Assembly (NCBI GenBank): GCA_963764725.1
Contig: CAVXTM010000012.1
Location: 32,001-96,000, forward strand
Reading direction: 5' to 3'
Length of the DNA stretch: 64,000 nucleotides
From: an uncultured Gammaproteobacteria bacterium
Lineage (GTDB): Bacteria; Pseudomonadota; Gammaproteobacteria; JACCXJ01
The position numbers and the translations under genes are program-made. Shown piece after piece: positions 1-9,887 of the stretch (position 1 is the stretch's first letter; every line of letters begins with the position of its first letter). The notes below the pieces were generated by a model that did not search any database, had not been told where the DNA came from, and worked only from the letters and a program-made list of their open reading frames with translations.

Positions 1-276
1 GATAATCCACCGATGAGAAAGTGAGAAAGTCCCCTTTCCACGGGCTCGGGCCGCATCGTAGCATGATTCGGTGTCGTGGGGTGTAAGCCCTTCGATACTT
101 TCATGACCATTGGTTCAGGGACGAACCGCCTTTTCCCACACCCAAACTGTCTTAGCGGTGCGACGCCGCCTCCAGCGTGCGCCCCGCAACCTTGCGGCCC
201 GTAGCGGTTGTCGCCGCCCTATCAGACGCGGTGCGCCCCGCGTGCGGTCCCGTATTTCTCCTCAACGTTGAGCCCG

Positions 277-390
277 GGAAGTCATCCCACACCTGTGGGA
301 GATCTGCCCCGATCGCATGTGGAGTTATCGCCCGTGAATTGCGGGCAAGGGACTCTATCGAAAGCGCGGCTTCGCACTTAAGATTGTGCG
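277..390 (+). promoter_or_regulatory. Conserved promoter element, copy A, upstream of the methanol dehydrogenase pseudogene
   Basis: Colinear with 1294-1407 (GGAAGT..TCCCACAC..GTGGGA..CATGTG.AGTTATC..GAATTGC..AGGGACTCTATCGAAA..TTCGC..AGATT.TGCG). Confidence 0.8.
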
Positions 391-523
391 CTACCGCGGT
401 TGCGCGGCACGGATCGGACCGCTGCCAGCAAGCATCGCCTTTTGACCATCCGGAGGAGCAACGATGCAACGGTTTTCGTCAGAGCGGCGCCCCGAAAAAA
501 AATACCAGGAGGAATAAGTCACA

Positions 524-1275
524 ATGTCTCCAACAATCAGAGCCAGAAATCTTGCTATTATCGTGACCGCCACGGCTCTATCCGTGACGGCGCCAACCGC
601 GTCTTCGAATGAGGAGCTCATCCGCTTGTCTCCAAGCGATGAGAATTGGGTGATGCAAGTGCAAGGATTACGTGCGCGCACTACAGCAAAATGACGGATA
701 TAAAAGCGGACAATGTCGAGCGGCTCCGGCCCGCATGGAGCTTTTCGACTGGCGTGTTGCACGGTCACGAGGGTGGGCCGCTCGTCGTGAACGGCATCAT
801 GTATATCCACACGCCATTCCCCAATAATACTTTTGCTTTCGACCTCGAGAGACCGGGAGAGATCCTATGGGAGCACAAGCCCAAGCAAGACCCAGCGGCG
901 CGCGCGGTGGCCTGCTGCGACGTCGTCAACCGCGGTCTGGCCTACGCCGACGGCAAGATTTTCAAAACCCTATTGGACGGCCACATCGTGGCGCTGGACG
1001 CCAAGACGGGGAAAGAGATCTGGAAGATGGAGAACTCCGATATCAGGGTAGGCTCGACGCTTACCGTTGCACCCTTTGTGGTGAAGGATAAGGTTCTAGT
1101 TGGATCGTCAGGCGCTGAGCTCGGGGTGCGCGGGTATGTCACCGCCTACGACCTCGACAGCGGCGAGATGAGATGGCGCTGGTACGCCACCGGCCCCGAT
1201 GAGGAGATGGGCCTGGCCCCAGACTTCAACGGTAAGAACCCGCATTACGGCCAGAAAGGATTGGGCCTCAAGACA
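524..1275 (+). pseudogene. PQQ-dependent methanol dehydrogenase large subunit (MxaF/XoxF-type), frameshifted and 3'-truncated
   Basis: AGGAGG RBS, ATG 524, signal peptide, [17 protein letters not shown]; frameshift near 660; then [46 protein letters not shown]; similarity stops at ~1275. Confidence 0.92.
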
Positions 1276-1293
1276 CTGAGACTATCTGCTACA

Positions 1294-1407
1294 GGAAGTT
1301 TTCCCACACAGGTGGGAATATGTACCCGGATAACATGTGAAGTTATCACACGCGAATTGCTGCTGAGGGACTCTATCGAAAAGGGGCTTTCGCTTGTAGA
1401 TTATGCG
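1294..1407 (+). promoter_or_regulatory. Conserved promoter element, copy B, upstream of the TonB receptor
   Basis: Paralog of 277-390; TTCCCAC-acag-GTGGGAA dyad; TAGATT -10-like hexamer. Confidence 0.8.
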
Positions 1408-1477
1408 GCACAGAGCAAGCCGCCAAAGCCGCGAACAACAATGGCCTTCTGAGCATCGGCACCAATAATAACGTGAC

Positions 1478-3823
1478 ATGATGAGTCCAAGCCCCGTTTC
1501 ACGGAACCCACGTGCATTGATGCGTGCGGCCTATCTGGCGTCGATCCTGCCTCTTGTCTGGAGTTCCTCTCCCGGTATGGCGGAGGAGGGCGACGGGGAG
1601 GGCGAGAGAACGCGCGGTCCCGCCGGCGCGATCGAGCTGCCGGACATCGAGGTGATCGCGACCACGCCCTTGCCGGCGCTCGGCACGCCGATCGATAAGG
1701 TCCCGGCCAACGTGCAGTCGCTGACTGCCGAAGACATCGAGGAGCAGAACCCACTCGATCTTTCCGAGATGCTGTTCGACAACATCGGCAGCGTGAACAT
1801 CAACGCGGCCCAGAACAACCCCTTCCAGAACGATCTGGAATACCGCGGGTTCCTGGCTTCGCCGCTGGTCGGCAGCGCCATCGGCTTATCGATTTATATG
1901 GATGGCGTGCGCATCAACGAAGGATTCGGCGACACGGTCAACTGGGACCTGATCCCGCAGTCGGCCATCTCCAGCGTAGATCTCATCCCGGGCTCAAATC
2001 CGCTTTTCGGCTTGAACACGCTGGGCGGGGCGATCGCGTTACGTACCAAGAGCGGTTTCGCCTATCAGGGTACGGAGGTCGAAGCGAGCGGCGGCTCGTT
2101 CGCGCGCTGGGCAGTAGAGGCCGAGCACGGCGGCAATCATGACGGTTTCGACTGGTATCTCACCTTCAACGCGCTCGATGCGGACGGCTGGCGGGACGAG
2201 TCCCCTAGCGAAATCCGGCAGCTCTTCGGAAAGATCGGGTGGGAGGATGACCAAACCGATCTCGATCTCAGCTACATCTTCGCGGACAACGACTTGACGG
2301 GTAACGGCTTTGCTCCCGAGAGCCTGCTCGCCCAGGATCGCGCAGCGGTGCATACCTTTCCCGACGACACCGACAACAACCTGAACTTCCTGAATCTCAG
2401 GGCAAGCCACGTCTTCACCGATGCGTTGCTGCTGGCGGGCAATGCCTATTATCGAGGGTACCAACGCGATACCTTGAACGGCGATGCCGAGGTCCAGTGC
2501 GTGGATGAGGACGACAGCGCGATAGCGCTCGCGCTCGGGTTATGCGAAGGATCGGCCGCGCCCTTCGGCGGCGTCGGTGAGCTCGGGCTCGAGGTCGAAG
2601 GCGAGGACCGTACCACCCAGACCGACACCGACGGCTACGGCGGGACCCTGCAGTTGAGCCACCAAGCGACGTTCTTCGGGCGCGCGAACAGCTTGACTTT
2701 CGGTTTCGCCTATGACGGAAACGACACGGACTTCACCCAGAGCGAGGCCGAGTCGGAGATATTTCAGCAGGGCCTGGCCCGCGGCACCCGACGGATCGGT
2801 GAGCTTGAGACCGAGGTGGATGTCGCCACCCGCCAGGACAACTGGGGTATCTATCTGACCGACACCTTCGATATCACGGATGCCCTCGCGGCTACCTTTT
2901 CGGGTCGCTATCAGATCACCGAGGTCGAGATCCGCGATCAGACCGGCGATCCGGAAAACGCCGATCTCGACGGTGATCACCACTTCGATCGTTTCAACCC
3001 GGCCGGGGGTCTCACCTATTCGATCTTCGAGGATCTGAACCTCTTCGGCGGCTACAGCGAGAGCTTCCGGGCTCCCACTCCGGCAGAATTGACCTGTGCC
3101 GATCCGGAGGACCCTTGTAATCTGCCCAACGCCTTCGTGGCCGATCCGCCGCTCGATCCCGTGATCGGCAGGACCTGGGAGGTCGGCGCGCGCGGGCGCC
3201 TGCCGCTCGGCGAGGACCTGCGCTGGCGCGTGGCGTTCTATCGCACGACGCTCGAAGACGACCTCATCTTCGCCGTGACCGAAACGGGCGGCGCCGGGTT
3301 TTTCACCAATATCGACGAGACGCGCCGCCAGGGCGTGGAGCTCGGTTTGAATGGGCAGTGGGAGTCCGTGCATTGGTCGGTCAATTACGGGTTCGTGGAT
3401 GCGACTTATGAATCCGCCGAAACGCTGGCGAGCGTGGTCGAGCCCGACGGCATCCAGGTACAGGAAGGCGACCGCATCCCCGGTATTCCCGAACAAAACC
3501 TCAAGGTCAACGCCGACTGGGCTATCCTCCCGAAGTGGTCGGTCGGCGGCACGCTCATCTACGCCTCCGACCAGTTCCTGCGCGGCGATGACAGCAACGA
3601 GTTCGATACGGTGGATGATTACGCCATCGTCAACCTCCGCACCCGCTTTCATCCCTGGGAGCATATAGAGATTTGGGCGCGCATCGACAACCTCTTCGAC
3701 AGCGACTACGAGACCGGTGGGACCCGCAACTTCAATGCCTTCGCCGATCCGATCGCCGAGGAGCGCTTCCTGGCACCCGGGGGCCCGCGCGCCGGCTGGG
3801 TGGGCGTGAAGCTCCGGTTCTAG
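1478..3823 (+). CDS. TonB-dependent outer-membrane receptor
   Basis: Signal peptide, TonB-box-like IEVIA, plug motif DGVRIN, NLFD..Y near the C-terminus, terminal Phe; start may be 1519. Confidence 0.93.
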   Translation: MMSPSPVSRNPRALMRAAYLASILPLVWSSSPGMAEEGDGEGERTRGPAGAIELPDIEVIATTPLPALGTPIDKVPANVQSLTAEDIEEQNPLDLSEMLFDNIGSVNINAAQNNPFQNDLEYRGFLASPLVGSAIGLSIYMDGVRINEGFGDTVNWDLIPQSAISSVDLIPGSNPLFGLNTLGGAIALRTKSGFAYQGTEVEASGGSFARWAVEAEHGGNHDGFDWYLTFNALDADGWRDESPSEIRQLFGKIGWEDDQTDLDLSYIFADNDLTGNGFAPESLLAQDRAAVHTFPDDTDNNLNFLNLRASHVFTDALLLAGNAYYRGYQRDTLNGDAEVQCVDEDDSAIALALGLCEGSAAPFGGVGELGLEVEGEDRTTQTDTDGYGGTLQLSHQATFFGRANSLTFGFAYDGNDTDFTQSEAESEIFQQGLARGTRRIGELETEVDVATRQDNWGIYLTDTFDITDALAATFSGRYQITEVEIRDQTGDPENADLDGDHHFDRFNPAGGLTYSIFEDLNLFGGYSESFRAPTPAELTCADPEDPCNLPNAFVADPPLDPVIGRTWEVGARGRLPLGEDLRWRVAFYRTTLEDDLIFAVTETGGAGFFTNIDETRRQGVELGLNGQWESVHWSVNYGFVDATYESAETLASVVEPDGIQVQEGDRIPGIPEQNLKVNADWAILPKWSVGGTLIYASDQFLRGDDSNEFDTVDDYAIVNLRTRFHPWEHIEIWARIDNLFDSDYETGGTRNFNAFADPIAEERFLAPGGPRAGWVGVKLRF

Positions 3824-3840
3824 GGCGATCTGAAGGAAGG

Positions 3841-3975
3841 ATGACAACCGTGATTCGACATCGTAAGTCGCTGGCTATCGCGTTGGGGTTTGTGTTCAGC
3901 GCGACAGCATTGGCGGATGATCCGAAGCTCGTGGCGTACGTGAGCAACAAGAGGGCGGCGTCACCGCCATCGATC
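3841..3975 (+). pseudogene. N-terminal stub of a YVTN/PQQ-catabolism-associated beta-propeller protein
   Basis: RBS, signal peptide, then VAYVSN motif; similarity lost afterwards. Confidence 0.5.
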
Positions 3976-4229
3976 TCGAACCCATGGTTTCAAGCTGCCT
4001 TGGGGGTGGTGGTGCCCCAAGACCTCCGGCAGCCTCAATGCACCCTGACCGGATACAGGCGATCATAGAAGCGGCGGGTTTCCTGACCACGCTTACCGCA
4101 CGCTGCGTCTATACCGAGTGTGCTGCTGCTCGGGTGATGCCGGCTGCTGGTACGCCCGGTCGCCACGAGTTGTCCCGGAGGGCAATGATCGTTACCATCG
4201 CGACTCCCGTGTGACCTCGGGCCTCTCAG

Positions 4230-5630
4230 GTGTCCCTCAAGATCCGACTCGTCTTGATCCTAAGCGCGGCGCTCTCGGTCGGTATCGCCCTGAGCGCTGT
4301 CTTTCTGTGGCTGCACGCTCGTGCGGCGATGCGGTCGGAGATGGACACCACCCTGCGTTCCGCCGAACGTTTGATCTCCGCAGTGCGGTCGCAGCCAGGG
4401 CTCGCCAGTCTCAGCCTTGCAAGCTTGACGGAGTCGCTGGATCGGCTCAGGCATGTCCGGGTGATTAAAACGGACCGAGGCCTGCTCCCGTCCCAGAACA
4501 CGGATGTCGCCGGGGTGCCGCGATGGTTTTCCCGGCTCATCGCCCCAGATAGAGAGAGTTTCAGATCGATCAATCTGACGGTGGGCGACCTCGCGGTCGG
4601 TGGTGCGCATGAGCAGATGATCCTGCAAGCCGATCCCAGCGACGAGATCCGCGAGGTGTGGCAGGACGTTCGGCTGCTCATGGTGATCGCCGCGGCGATG
4701 TGCCTGTGTGTCGGCGGTCTCGTCTACTTTGGCCTTGCACGCGGTCTTCGGCCGCTTGCGGATCTCCATGCGGCGTTTGAACGCTTAGAAGCAGGGAATT
4801 TCGAGACCCGAATGCAGGAACGAGCGGTGATGGAGCTCAAGCGCATCCACCAAAAGTTCAACCGGATGGCCGAGGTGTTGCGTTCGACCAGGGAGCGCGA
4901 GCGCGCACTCGCGAGCCACCTCGTCGATCTCCAGGAGGCGGAGCGACGCAGTCTCGCCCAAGAGCTACACGATGATATGGCGCCCCTTCTCTTTACCATT
5001 TCCGTTCATCTCACGACCATCCATAGTTTTCTTCAAGGCCGGCAATACGCCGCTATTCCTGAAGCGCTCCGGGCCAGCGAGATGACCGTGGTCCAGCTTC
5101 AGGAGCGCATCCGCGCGATGCTCCGGCGACTGCGCCCCCAGGGTCTTGATGAGCTGGGTCTGGATCAGGCGCTGCATGATCTGGTTGAAACCTGGCGATC
5201 CCGACAGCGCCAAACCGAATGGGCGATCGAGACATCCGGACTGATGGATCAACTGGACGACACGCTGCGTGTCACGATCTACCGGATCGTGCAAGAATGC
5301 CTGACGAACGTGGCCCGCCATGCCGGGGCCCGCCGGACCTCGGTGCGCGTTACGGTCGCGCCGGCGCACGGAGGCACCGGAAAGCCAGCGGGTAAAGGTC
5401 AGGTCGTGGACATTCGGGTCGAAGATGACGGGAAAGGAATGCAGCCAGAAACCCCATTCGGCCTAGGTCTCATGGGAATTGAAGAGCGCGTCCAGGCTTT
5501 GGGCGGTGCAATGGCGCTCTCGGAGCAGCACCTCGGTGGCCTCTCCGTGCGTATCTGCGTACCGATCCATGCCAATCACTCCGATCTGGCAGCGGATGCT
5601 TCCCGCATCGCGGTGTCTTCCCGACCTTGA
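4230..5630 (+). CDS. Membrane sensor histidine kinase (HAMP, HisKA_3, HATPase), MoxY/MxcQ-like
   Basis: Two TM segments, VPRWF, ERRSLAQELHDD, YRIVQECLTN, DDGKG, GLGLMG; methanol-module context. Confidence 0.88.
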   Translation: MSLKIRLVLILSAALSVGIALSAVFLWLHARAAMRSEMDTTLRSAERLISAVRSQPGLASLSLASLTESLDRLRHVRVIKTDRGLLPSQNTDVAGVPRWFSRLIAPDRESFRSINLTVGDLAVGGAHEQMILQADPSDEIREVWQDVRLLMVIAAAMCLCVGGLVYFGLARGLRPLADLHAAFERLEAGNFETRMQERAVMELKRIHQKFNRMAEVLRSTRERERALASHLVDLQEAERRSLAQELHDDMAPLLFTISVHLTTIHSFLQGRQYAAIPEALRASEMTVVQLQERIRAMLRRLRPQGLDELGLDQALHDLVETWRSRQRQTEWAIETSGLMDQLDDTLRVTIYRIVQECLTNVARHAGARRTSVRVTVAPAHGGTGKPAGKGQVVDIRVEDDGKGMQPETPFGLGLMGIEERVQALGGAMALSEQHLGGLSVRICVPIHANHSDLAADASRIAVSSRP

Positions 5631-5735
5631 CTCCCGCCCGATGTTCAAGAGCTGCTGGCGCGCCGAGCCCTCGATCTCGTCGGTATAGACCTTGACCGGG
5701 ACGCGGCTCTCGGTGAGGACTTGCTAGACCGGCAT
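5627..5735 (-). pseudogene. RtcB-family RNA ligase N-terminal remnant
   Basis: MPV*QVLTESRVPVKVYTDEIEGSARQQLLNI resembles the RtcB N-terminus; internal stop. Confidence 0.55.
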
Positions 5736-5822
5736 GATCCTGATTGTAGCTCACAAAAAACGAAGGAAAACGGTCTTGAACCCACCTGGCGCCGGCGACG
5801 GCCATCGCGATACCCCCCTCAC

Positions 5823-7022
5823 TCATTCCACGAAATGCAGGCTGCCGAACAGGCCATCGGCCTCGCCGTTCGGCCCGGCGGTGAAGTACAGGTAATTCGC
5901 ACGGCCGAGGCTCGCGCCGTTGCCGAAGGCGAGGCCCCAGAGTCCGCTGATCTGGACGGCCTGCCGACCGCTGCCGCGCAGATAGCCTCTCTGCCGCCCG
6001 CTCTTCAAGCCGAAAGCCACCAGGGTGCCGTCGCCGAAGTTGCCGACGAGGAGCCGCTTGGAGAACGGCCCGAAACCCTCTGGTGCAATCGCCAATCCCC
6101 AGGGAGCGTTGAGCCTCCGGGTGTGGCCGAGCGTTCGCAGGTGTTGGCCGTCGAGATCGAACTCCGCGATGTACCCGAGGCCCGGCCCCTGTTCCTCCTC
6201 GACCGGATCCGCCGTGGTTCTGGCGTAGGCGACGAACAGACCCTGCCTCACACTACCGTCGATCTCGTATTCCAGGTACTGGATGTTGAAGGGCGCGAAA
6301 TCCTCGGGCACGTCAGCGGGCAGCGCGAAGGCGCCGGTCAGGATCGGCTGGTAGGCGCCGTCGAAGCTGTCGATCCGCCGCAGGCCGAAGTTTGCGGCGT
6401 AGAGGCGGTTGCCCAAGCTGAAGGGGGTGATCGCGAGGCCCTTGTACACCGATCCGGCCTCTCCATTTGCGGCGAGGGTAAAGGAGCGCATGCGCTCCGT
6501 CTGGCTCGATCCGGTCTCGGCCCAGCACTGGAGATTGCCGTCCTCGGTCACGACGAGGAACCGGCTCGGGGCCGCGATATGGATACCGGTGAAGCTCGTG
6601 CCCGAGCATGGGAACTCGTCCGAACCGCTGAAGACCTGGCCGGTCGGCGTCGGTGATTGTTCGGGCGTCGCCGGCGCCGGCTCGACTAGAACGGTCTTGA
6701 GTGCGTCCTGGAAGAGCGGCGTCGTATCGGTGTCGCCGACGTAGGTCGTGACGGTTCCCGAATCGGTGTTGGCGATCCACCAATGCCCGCCCGCCCCGGC
6801 CGGACGTAAGGCCAGACCCCAAGCGTTCAAGACGAGCTCGTTTCGGAGCGTCTCCCGACCGGGCTCGAGCCGCGTGCGGTACTTGTCGCGGAAGTTGGTG
6901 ATGAGGTTGCGTTGCGCGTAATAACCCTCCGCGGCTACCGCGGTCTTCGGTGCGACCGCGACTGACGCGATGAAGGTGAGAGCAACGGCAAGCTGCGCGA
7001 TGTGTTTTGTCATGCGTGTCAT
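5823..7022 (-). CDS. TIGR03118-family secreted protein
   Basis: LVLNAWGLA, PTGQVF, YKGLA, APFNIQ, LNAPWGLA, LLVGNFGDG, GLWGLAFGNG, LYFTAGP. Confidence 0.88.
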   Translation of the reverse strand: MTRMTKHIAQLAVALTFIASVAVAPKTAVAAEGYYAQRNLITNFRDKYRTRLEPGRETLRNELVLNAWGLALRPAGAGGHWWIANTDSGTVTTYVGDTDTTPLFQDALKTVLVEPAPATPEQSPTPTGQVFSGSDEFPCSGTSFTGIHIAAPSRFLVVTEDGNLQCWAETGSSQTERMRSFTLAANGEAGSVYKGLAITPFSLGNRLYAANFGLRRIDSFDGAYQPILTGAFALPADVPEDFAPFNIQYLEYEIDGSVRQGLFVAYARTTADPVEEEQGPGLGYIAEFDLDGQHLRTLGHTRRLNAPWGLAIAPEGFGPFSKRLLVGNFGDGTLVAFGLKSGRQRGYLRGSGRQAVQISGLWGLAFGNGASLGRANYLYFTAGPNGEADGLFGSLHFVE

Positions 7023-7094
7023 GGCGGCCTCCTGGCTTCAGGCTGCGACCAGCAAGCCATCGCCGGGTGCCATTCGCAGGCGGTGAGCCGCCGC

Positions 7095-7189
7095 CTGAAG
7101 GCCTGGACGAGCCGCAGGTGCTCGAAGCGGCCATCCGGCATGAGCGCCTCGACCTCCAAGTCCGGTGTCGAGTTTCCGATCATCAACAT
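7095..7189 (-). pseudogene. Peroxiredoxin (AhpC-like) N-terminal remnant
   Basis: GGAG RBS; MLMIGNSTPDLEVEALMPDGRFEHLRL, then no further similarity. Confidence 0.5.
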
Positions 7190-7220
7190 AGTCGTGTCTC
7201 CTTGGGGTTTTTGGTTCGGT

Positions 7221-7454
7221 TCAATGACGAATGTCCTGGCAGCTCCGGTCCGACGCCTCGCAGGGCACATGCGCCGGTAGTTTTTCGACGGCTTGCTGCA
7301 TCGCTCCGCACAAGGCCCGGAAGACGTGTGGCGCGAGCTTCAGACTCAGCGGCCCGATGCGCAGGTGGAGGACCTGACATTGCGGGCACAGCGAGATGCC
7401 GCAGAATTCGTTGGTGGCGAGGTCCAGAAGTTGACAGGCTGGGTGCGTATCCAT
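7221..7454 (-). CDS. Small Cys/His protein (CPQCQVLH) of the hemP cluster
   Basis: AGAGG RBS; co-oriented downstream of hemP. Confidence 0.7.
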   Translation of the reverse strand: MDTHPACQLLDLATNEFCGISLCPQCQVLHLRIGPLSLKLAPHVFRALCGAMQQAVEKLPAHVPCEASDRSCQDIRH

Positions 7455-7499
7455 AGTAGAGATTCCTCTTTAAGTGGGTGGTGGTGTGTACGGGATGGC

Positions 7500-7775
7500 T
7501 CAGAGTTTGTGAAAGAATCGTCGCGAGTGCAGTAGATCCTCACGCAACCAATGTTCGAGGGATGTCCGGCGCGCCATACGCTGCCATTGTTGCGAGAGGT
7601 GTGCGGAAGCCCTGGCGAGGGGCGAGCGCGCGCATTCCGGGTGCTCGGCTATCCACTGGAGGTGTTGGGCCAGCGCCACCGCCGTATCTGCACGCCGTTC
7701 CTCGGCGTAACGCGTCATGAGATAGAGGCTCGCGGCCATCAACACATTGAGCGGGGGCGTCGTATCGAGATTCAT
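7500..7775 (-). CDS. Hypothetical protein of the hemP cluster
   Basis: GGAG RBS; co-oriented; LMAASLYLMTRYA..HLQWIAEHP. Confidence 0.7.
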   Translation of the reverse strand: MNLDTTPPLNVLMAASLYLMTRYAEERRADTAVALAQHLQWIAEHPECARSPLARASAHLSQQWQRMARRTSLEHWLREDLLHSRRFFHKL

Positions 7776-7974
7776 ACGGACCGATCTCCCACCAGGGCCA
7801 GAGCGGTGCGTAGACAGAAGAGCAACGGTGGCTCCTCCGCGCCTGAGGCGGATATCAAGACCGGCAAAGCGATTCGACGCAACATGTGACAGCCTCCCAC
7901 AGGTTTCGGGCTGGCTGCCTCGTGCCGTCGGGCACGCGGTGGCTCGCGTCTCGTTGAATTAGTTGATCAGATGA

Positions 7975-8169
7975 CTACTTGGTCAGGATCAGTTTTCCCG
8001 CCCGTGTGTGGTGCAGGTGGTACTCCTGCCCGGCGTGCTCGATGATGACCTCGTCACGGCCGGCCAGGAGATCCCGGCTCGCCAGCCGCCGCTTCGGGAG
8101 CGCTGGGCCACAGACTTCTCGGCGATCAGAGCTACTTCGCCCCCGTTCAGGTTTGTCAGACGTGCTCAT
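7975..8169 (-). CDS. hemP: Hemin uptake protein HemP
   Basis: SRDLLAGRDEVIIEHAGQEYHLHHTRAGKLILTK signature. Confidence 0.92.
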   Translation of the reverse strand: MSTSDKPERGRSSSDRREVCGPALPKRRLASRDLLAGRDEVIIEHAGQEYHLHHTRAGKLILTK

Positions 8170-8176
8170 GTGCATA

Positions 8177-8195
8177 AATGATAATGCTTCTCATT
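8177..8195. promoter_or_regulatory. Fur box
   Basis: AATGATAATGCTTCTCATT immediately upstream of hemP. Confidence 0.8.
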
Positions 8196-8339
8196 CGCAT
8201 GTCAAGAGGTCCTTGCCCTGAACCAGGGTCCGGCGGCTCAAGGAGCACCGGTGCCGCGACTGTCACCGGCTCGCCATCACCGACGGAATGAGAAGTGCTG
8301 TGGACTCGACGATCAATCGAGCTGCCACGATCGACTCGA

Positions 8340-8465
8340 TCGACACCGAACCAACTGACGTCGGAGGAACTGCGTGCCATTCGTACGATGGTGGAGTCCG
8401 AAGAGTACAATTATGTCCCCACGAGTCGGCTTGTCGTGCTCGCTCAGAGACTGGGGACGGCGCCG
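8340..8465 (+). pseudogene. Transposase/integrase fragment
   Basis: PNQLTSEELRAIRTMVESEEYNYVPTSRLVVLAQRLG resembles an IS transposase segment. Confidence 0.45.
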
Positions 8466-8530
8466 CTCCGGCCATCGGGTGCAGACTCGTGTAGATCCAC
8501 CGAAGTTGATACTCCAATCGTGTTTATGTG

Positions 8531-8953
8531 TTAATCCGTTTTTCCAGGCAAAGTGATGAAACCCATGCGTTGGATGCCGGCATTCTGGGCGGTGGACATC
8601 ACCTTAGCGAGCCGTTCATACAAAGTTGCTTTATCGGCCCGTAAATGCAATTCGGGTTGCGGGTTGCGGTTCGCTGCAGCCGTCAGTTCCACCGTCAACT
8701 CCTCCTCCGAGACGGTCCGATCGTTCCAGTAGAGCGTTCCTCCTCCGTCGATGGCCAAGGTAACGATGTTCGGTTGCTCGGGATTCTGCTGGCTGCTCGC
8801 TTCAGGGAGATCGATCTTAACGGCATGAGTCAGTAACGGGGCCGTGATGATAAAGATGATCAGCAGCACCAGCATGACATCGACTAAGGGTGTAGTGTTG
8901 ATTTCCGCCATCGGCAGCTTGCGGGCAGAGGAATCGAAACTGCCGAAACTCAT
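8531..8953 (-). CDS. exbD: Biopolymer transport protein ExbD
   Basis: EINTTPLVDVMLVLLIIFII, LRADK. Confidence 0.95.
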   Translation of the reverse strand: MSFGSFDSSARKLPMAEINTTPLVDVMLVLLIIFIITAPLLTHAVKIDLPEASSQQNPEQPNIVTLAIDGGGTLYWNDRTVSEEELTVELTAAANRNPQPELHLRADKATLYERLAKVMSTAQNAGIQRMGFITLPGKTD

Positions 8954-9882
8954 GCCTTCCCCCGTGGCACGTGCACTACCTTGGCATGGTCGGTTGCTTC
9001 GGTCTCAATCCACCCGATACTGGGATCGACCCGTGCACCGGTGGTCAAGAAGGCGTGCAGATCGTGAGCCAGCGCATCGAGTTGTGCCAGTAGCACCCGG
9101 TTCGCGCGAACGAAGGCGTTGTAGGCGAGCACCGCGGGAATGGCCACCCCCAAACCCACCGCGGTCATGATCAAGGCTTCACCCACCGGGCCGGCGATCT
9201 GTGCCAGCGAGGCTTGCCCGGTGATCCCAATCCGCACTAAGGCATGGTAGATCCCCCACACGGTCCCGAATAAGCCAATGAATGGTGCCGTGCTGCCCAC
9301 CGAGGCCAGTAAGGTAAGACCCGATTCCAAGCGCGCCGTCGCGTAGTCGATGCTTTGACGTAGCGCACGGGTAATGAAATCACTGTGCGTGCAGGCCTCG
9401 CCGAGCGTCTGCGCTTGATGCTTACGGTAATGCATGTCAGACCCGGTCCCCTGGCGCAAGAGCTCCGCAAATATATCGCGCCAGCGCCGGCTCTCCAGAT
9501 CGGCCGCCGCCTGCGCCAGCGACGGCGCTGCCCAGAAGTGACGAACCACCTTGGAGGCCCGATGCCGCAATATCCACGTGCGCGCGCCCTTGTTGATGAT
9601 CAGATACCAAGTCGCCACCGACATCAACAGTAGGATCCCGAGCAGCGAAAGAATCACTACGTCGGCTTGCGCGAAAAAAGACTCTACACCAAACTCAGGC
9701 ACCAGCGCCGTTGCACCAGTCGCTAGCGAATCGACCAGATCCCCCGGATTGCCCCCCGCCAGCGGCGGCGCATGGGGCGGCTGTATGATCTCCGCCGGCA
9801 TCGCCGGTGGATTCGGCACTAACAACGCCGCCGCTTGCTCAACCGGATCAGCCGGTAACGCTGTCTCTGCGTGTTGTGCCAT
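8950..9882 (-). CDS. exbB: MotA/TolQ/ExbB proton-channel protein
   Basis: STAPFIGLFGTVWGI, EALIMTAVGLGVAIPA. Confidence 0.95.
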   Translation of the reverse strand: MAQHAETALPADPVEQAAALLVPNPPAMPAEIIQPPHAPPLAGGNPGDLVDSLATGATALVPEFGVESFFAQADVVILSLLGILLLMSVATWYLIINKGARTWILRHRASKVVRHFWAAPSLAQAAADLESRRWRDIFAELLRQGTGSDMHYRKHQAQTLGEACTHSDFITRALRQSIDYATARLESGLTLLASVGSTAPFIGLFGTVWGIYHALVRIGITGQASLAQIAGPVGEALIMTAVGLGVAIPAVLAYNAFVRANRVLLAQLDALAHDLHAFLTTGARVDPSIGWIETEATDHAKVVHVPRGKA

Positions 9883-9887
9883 GAGCT

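Noticed and set aside
2540-3847. Long opposite-strand ORFs (also 5721-6656, 11744-12532, 13473-14354, 38941-39969, 49720-50856, 59453-60511)
   Set aside because: Antisense shadows of well-supported genes in GC-rich DNA
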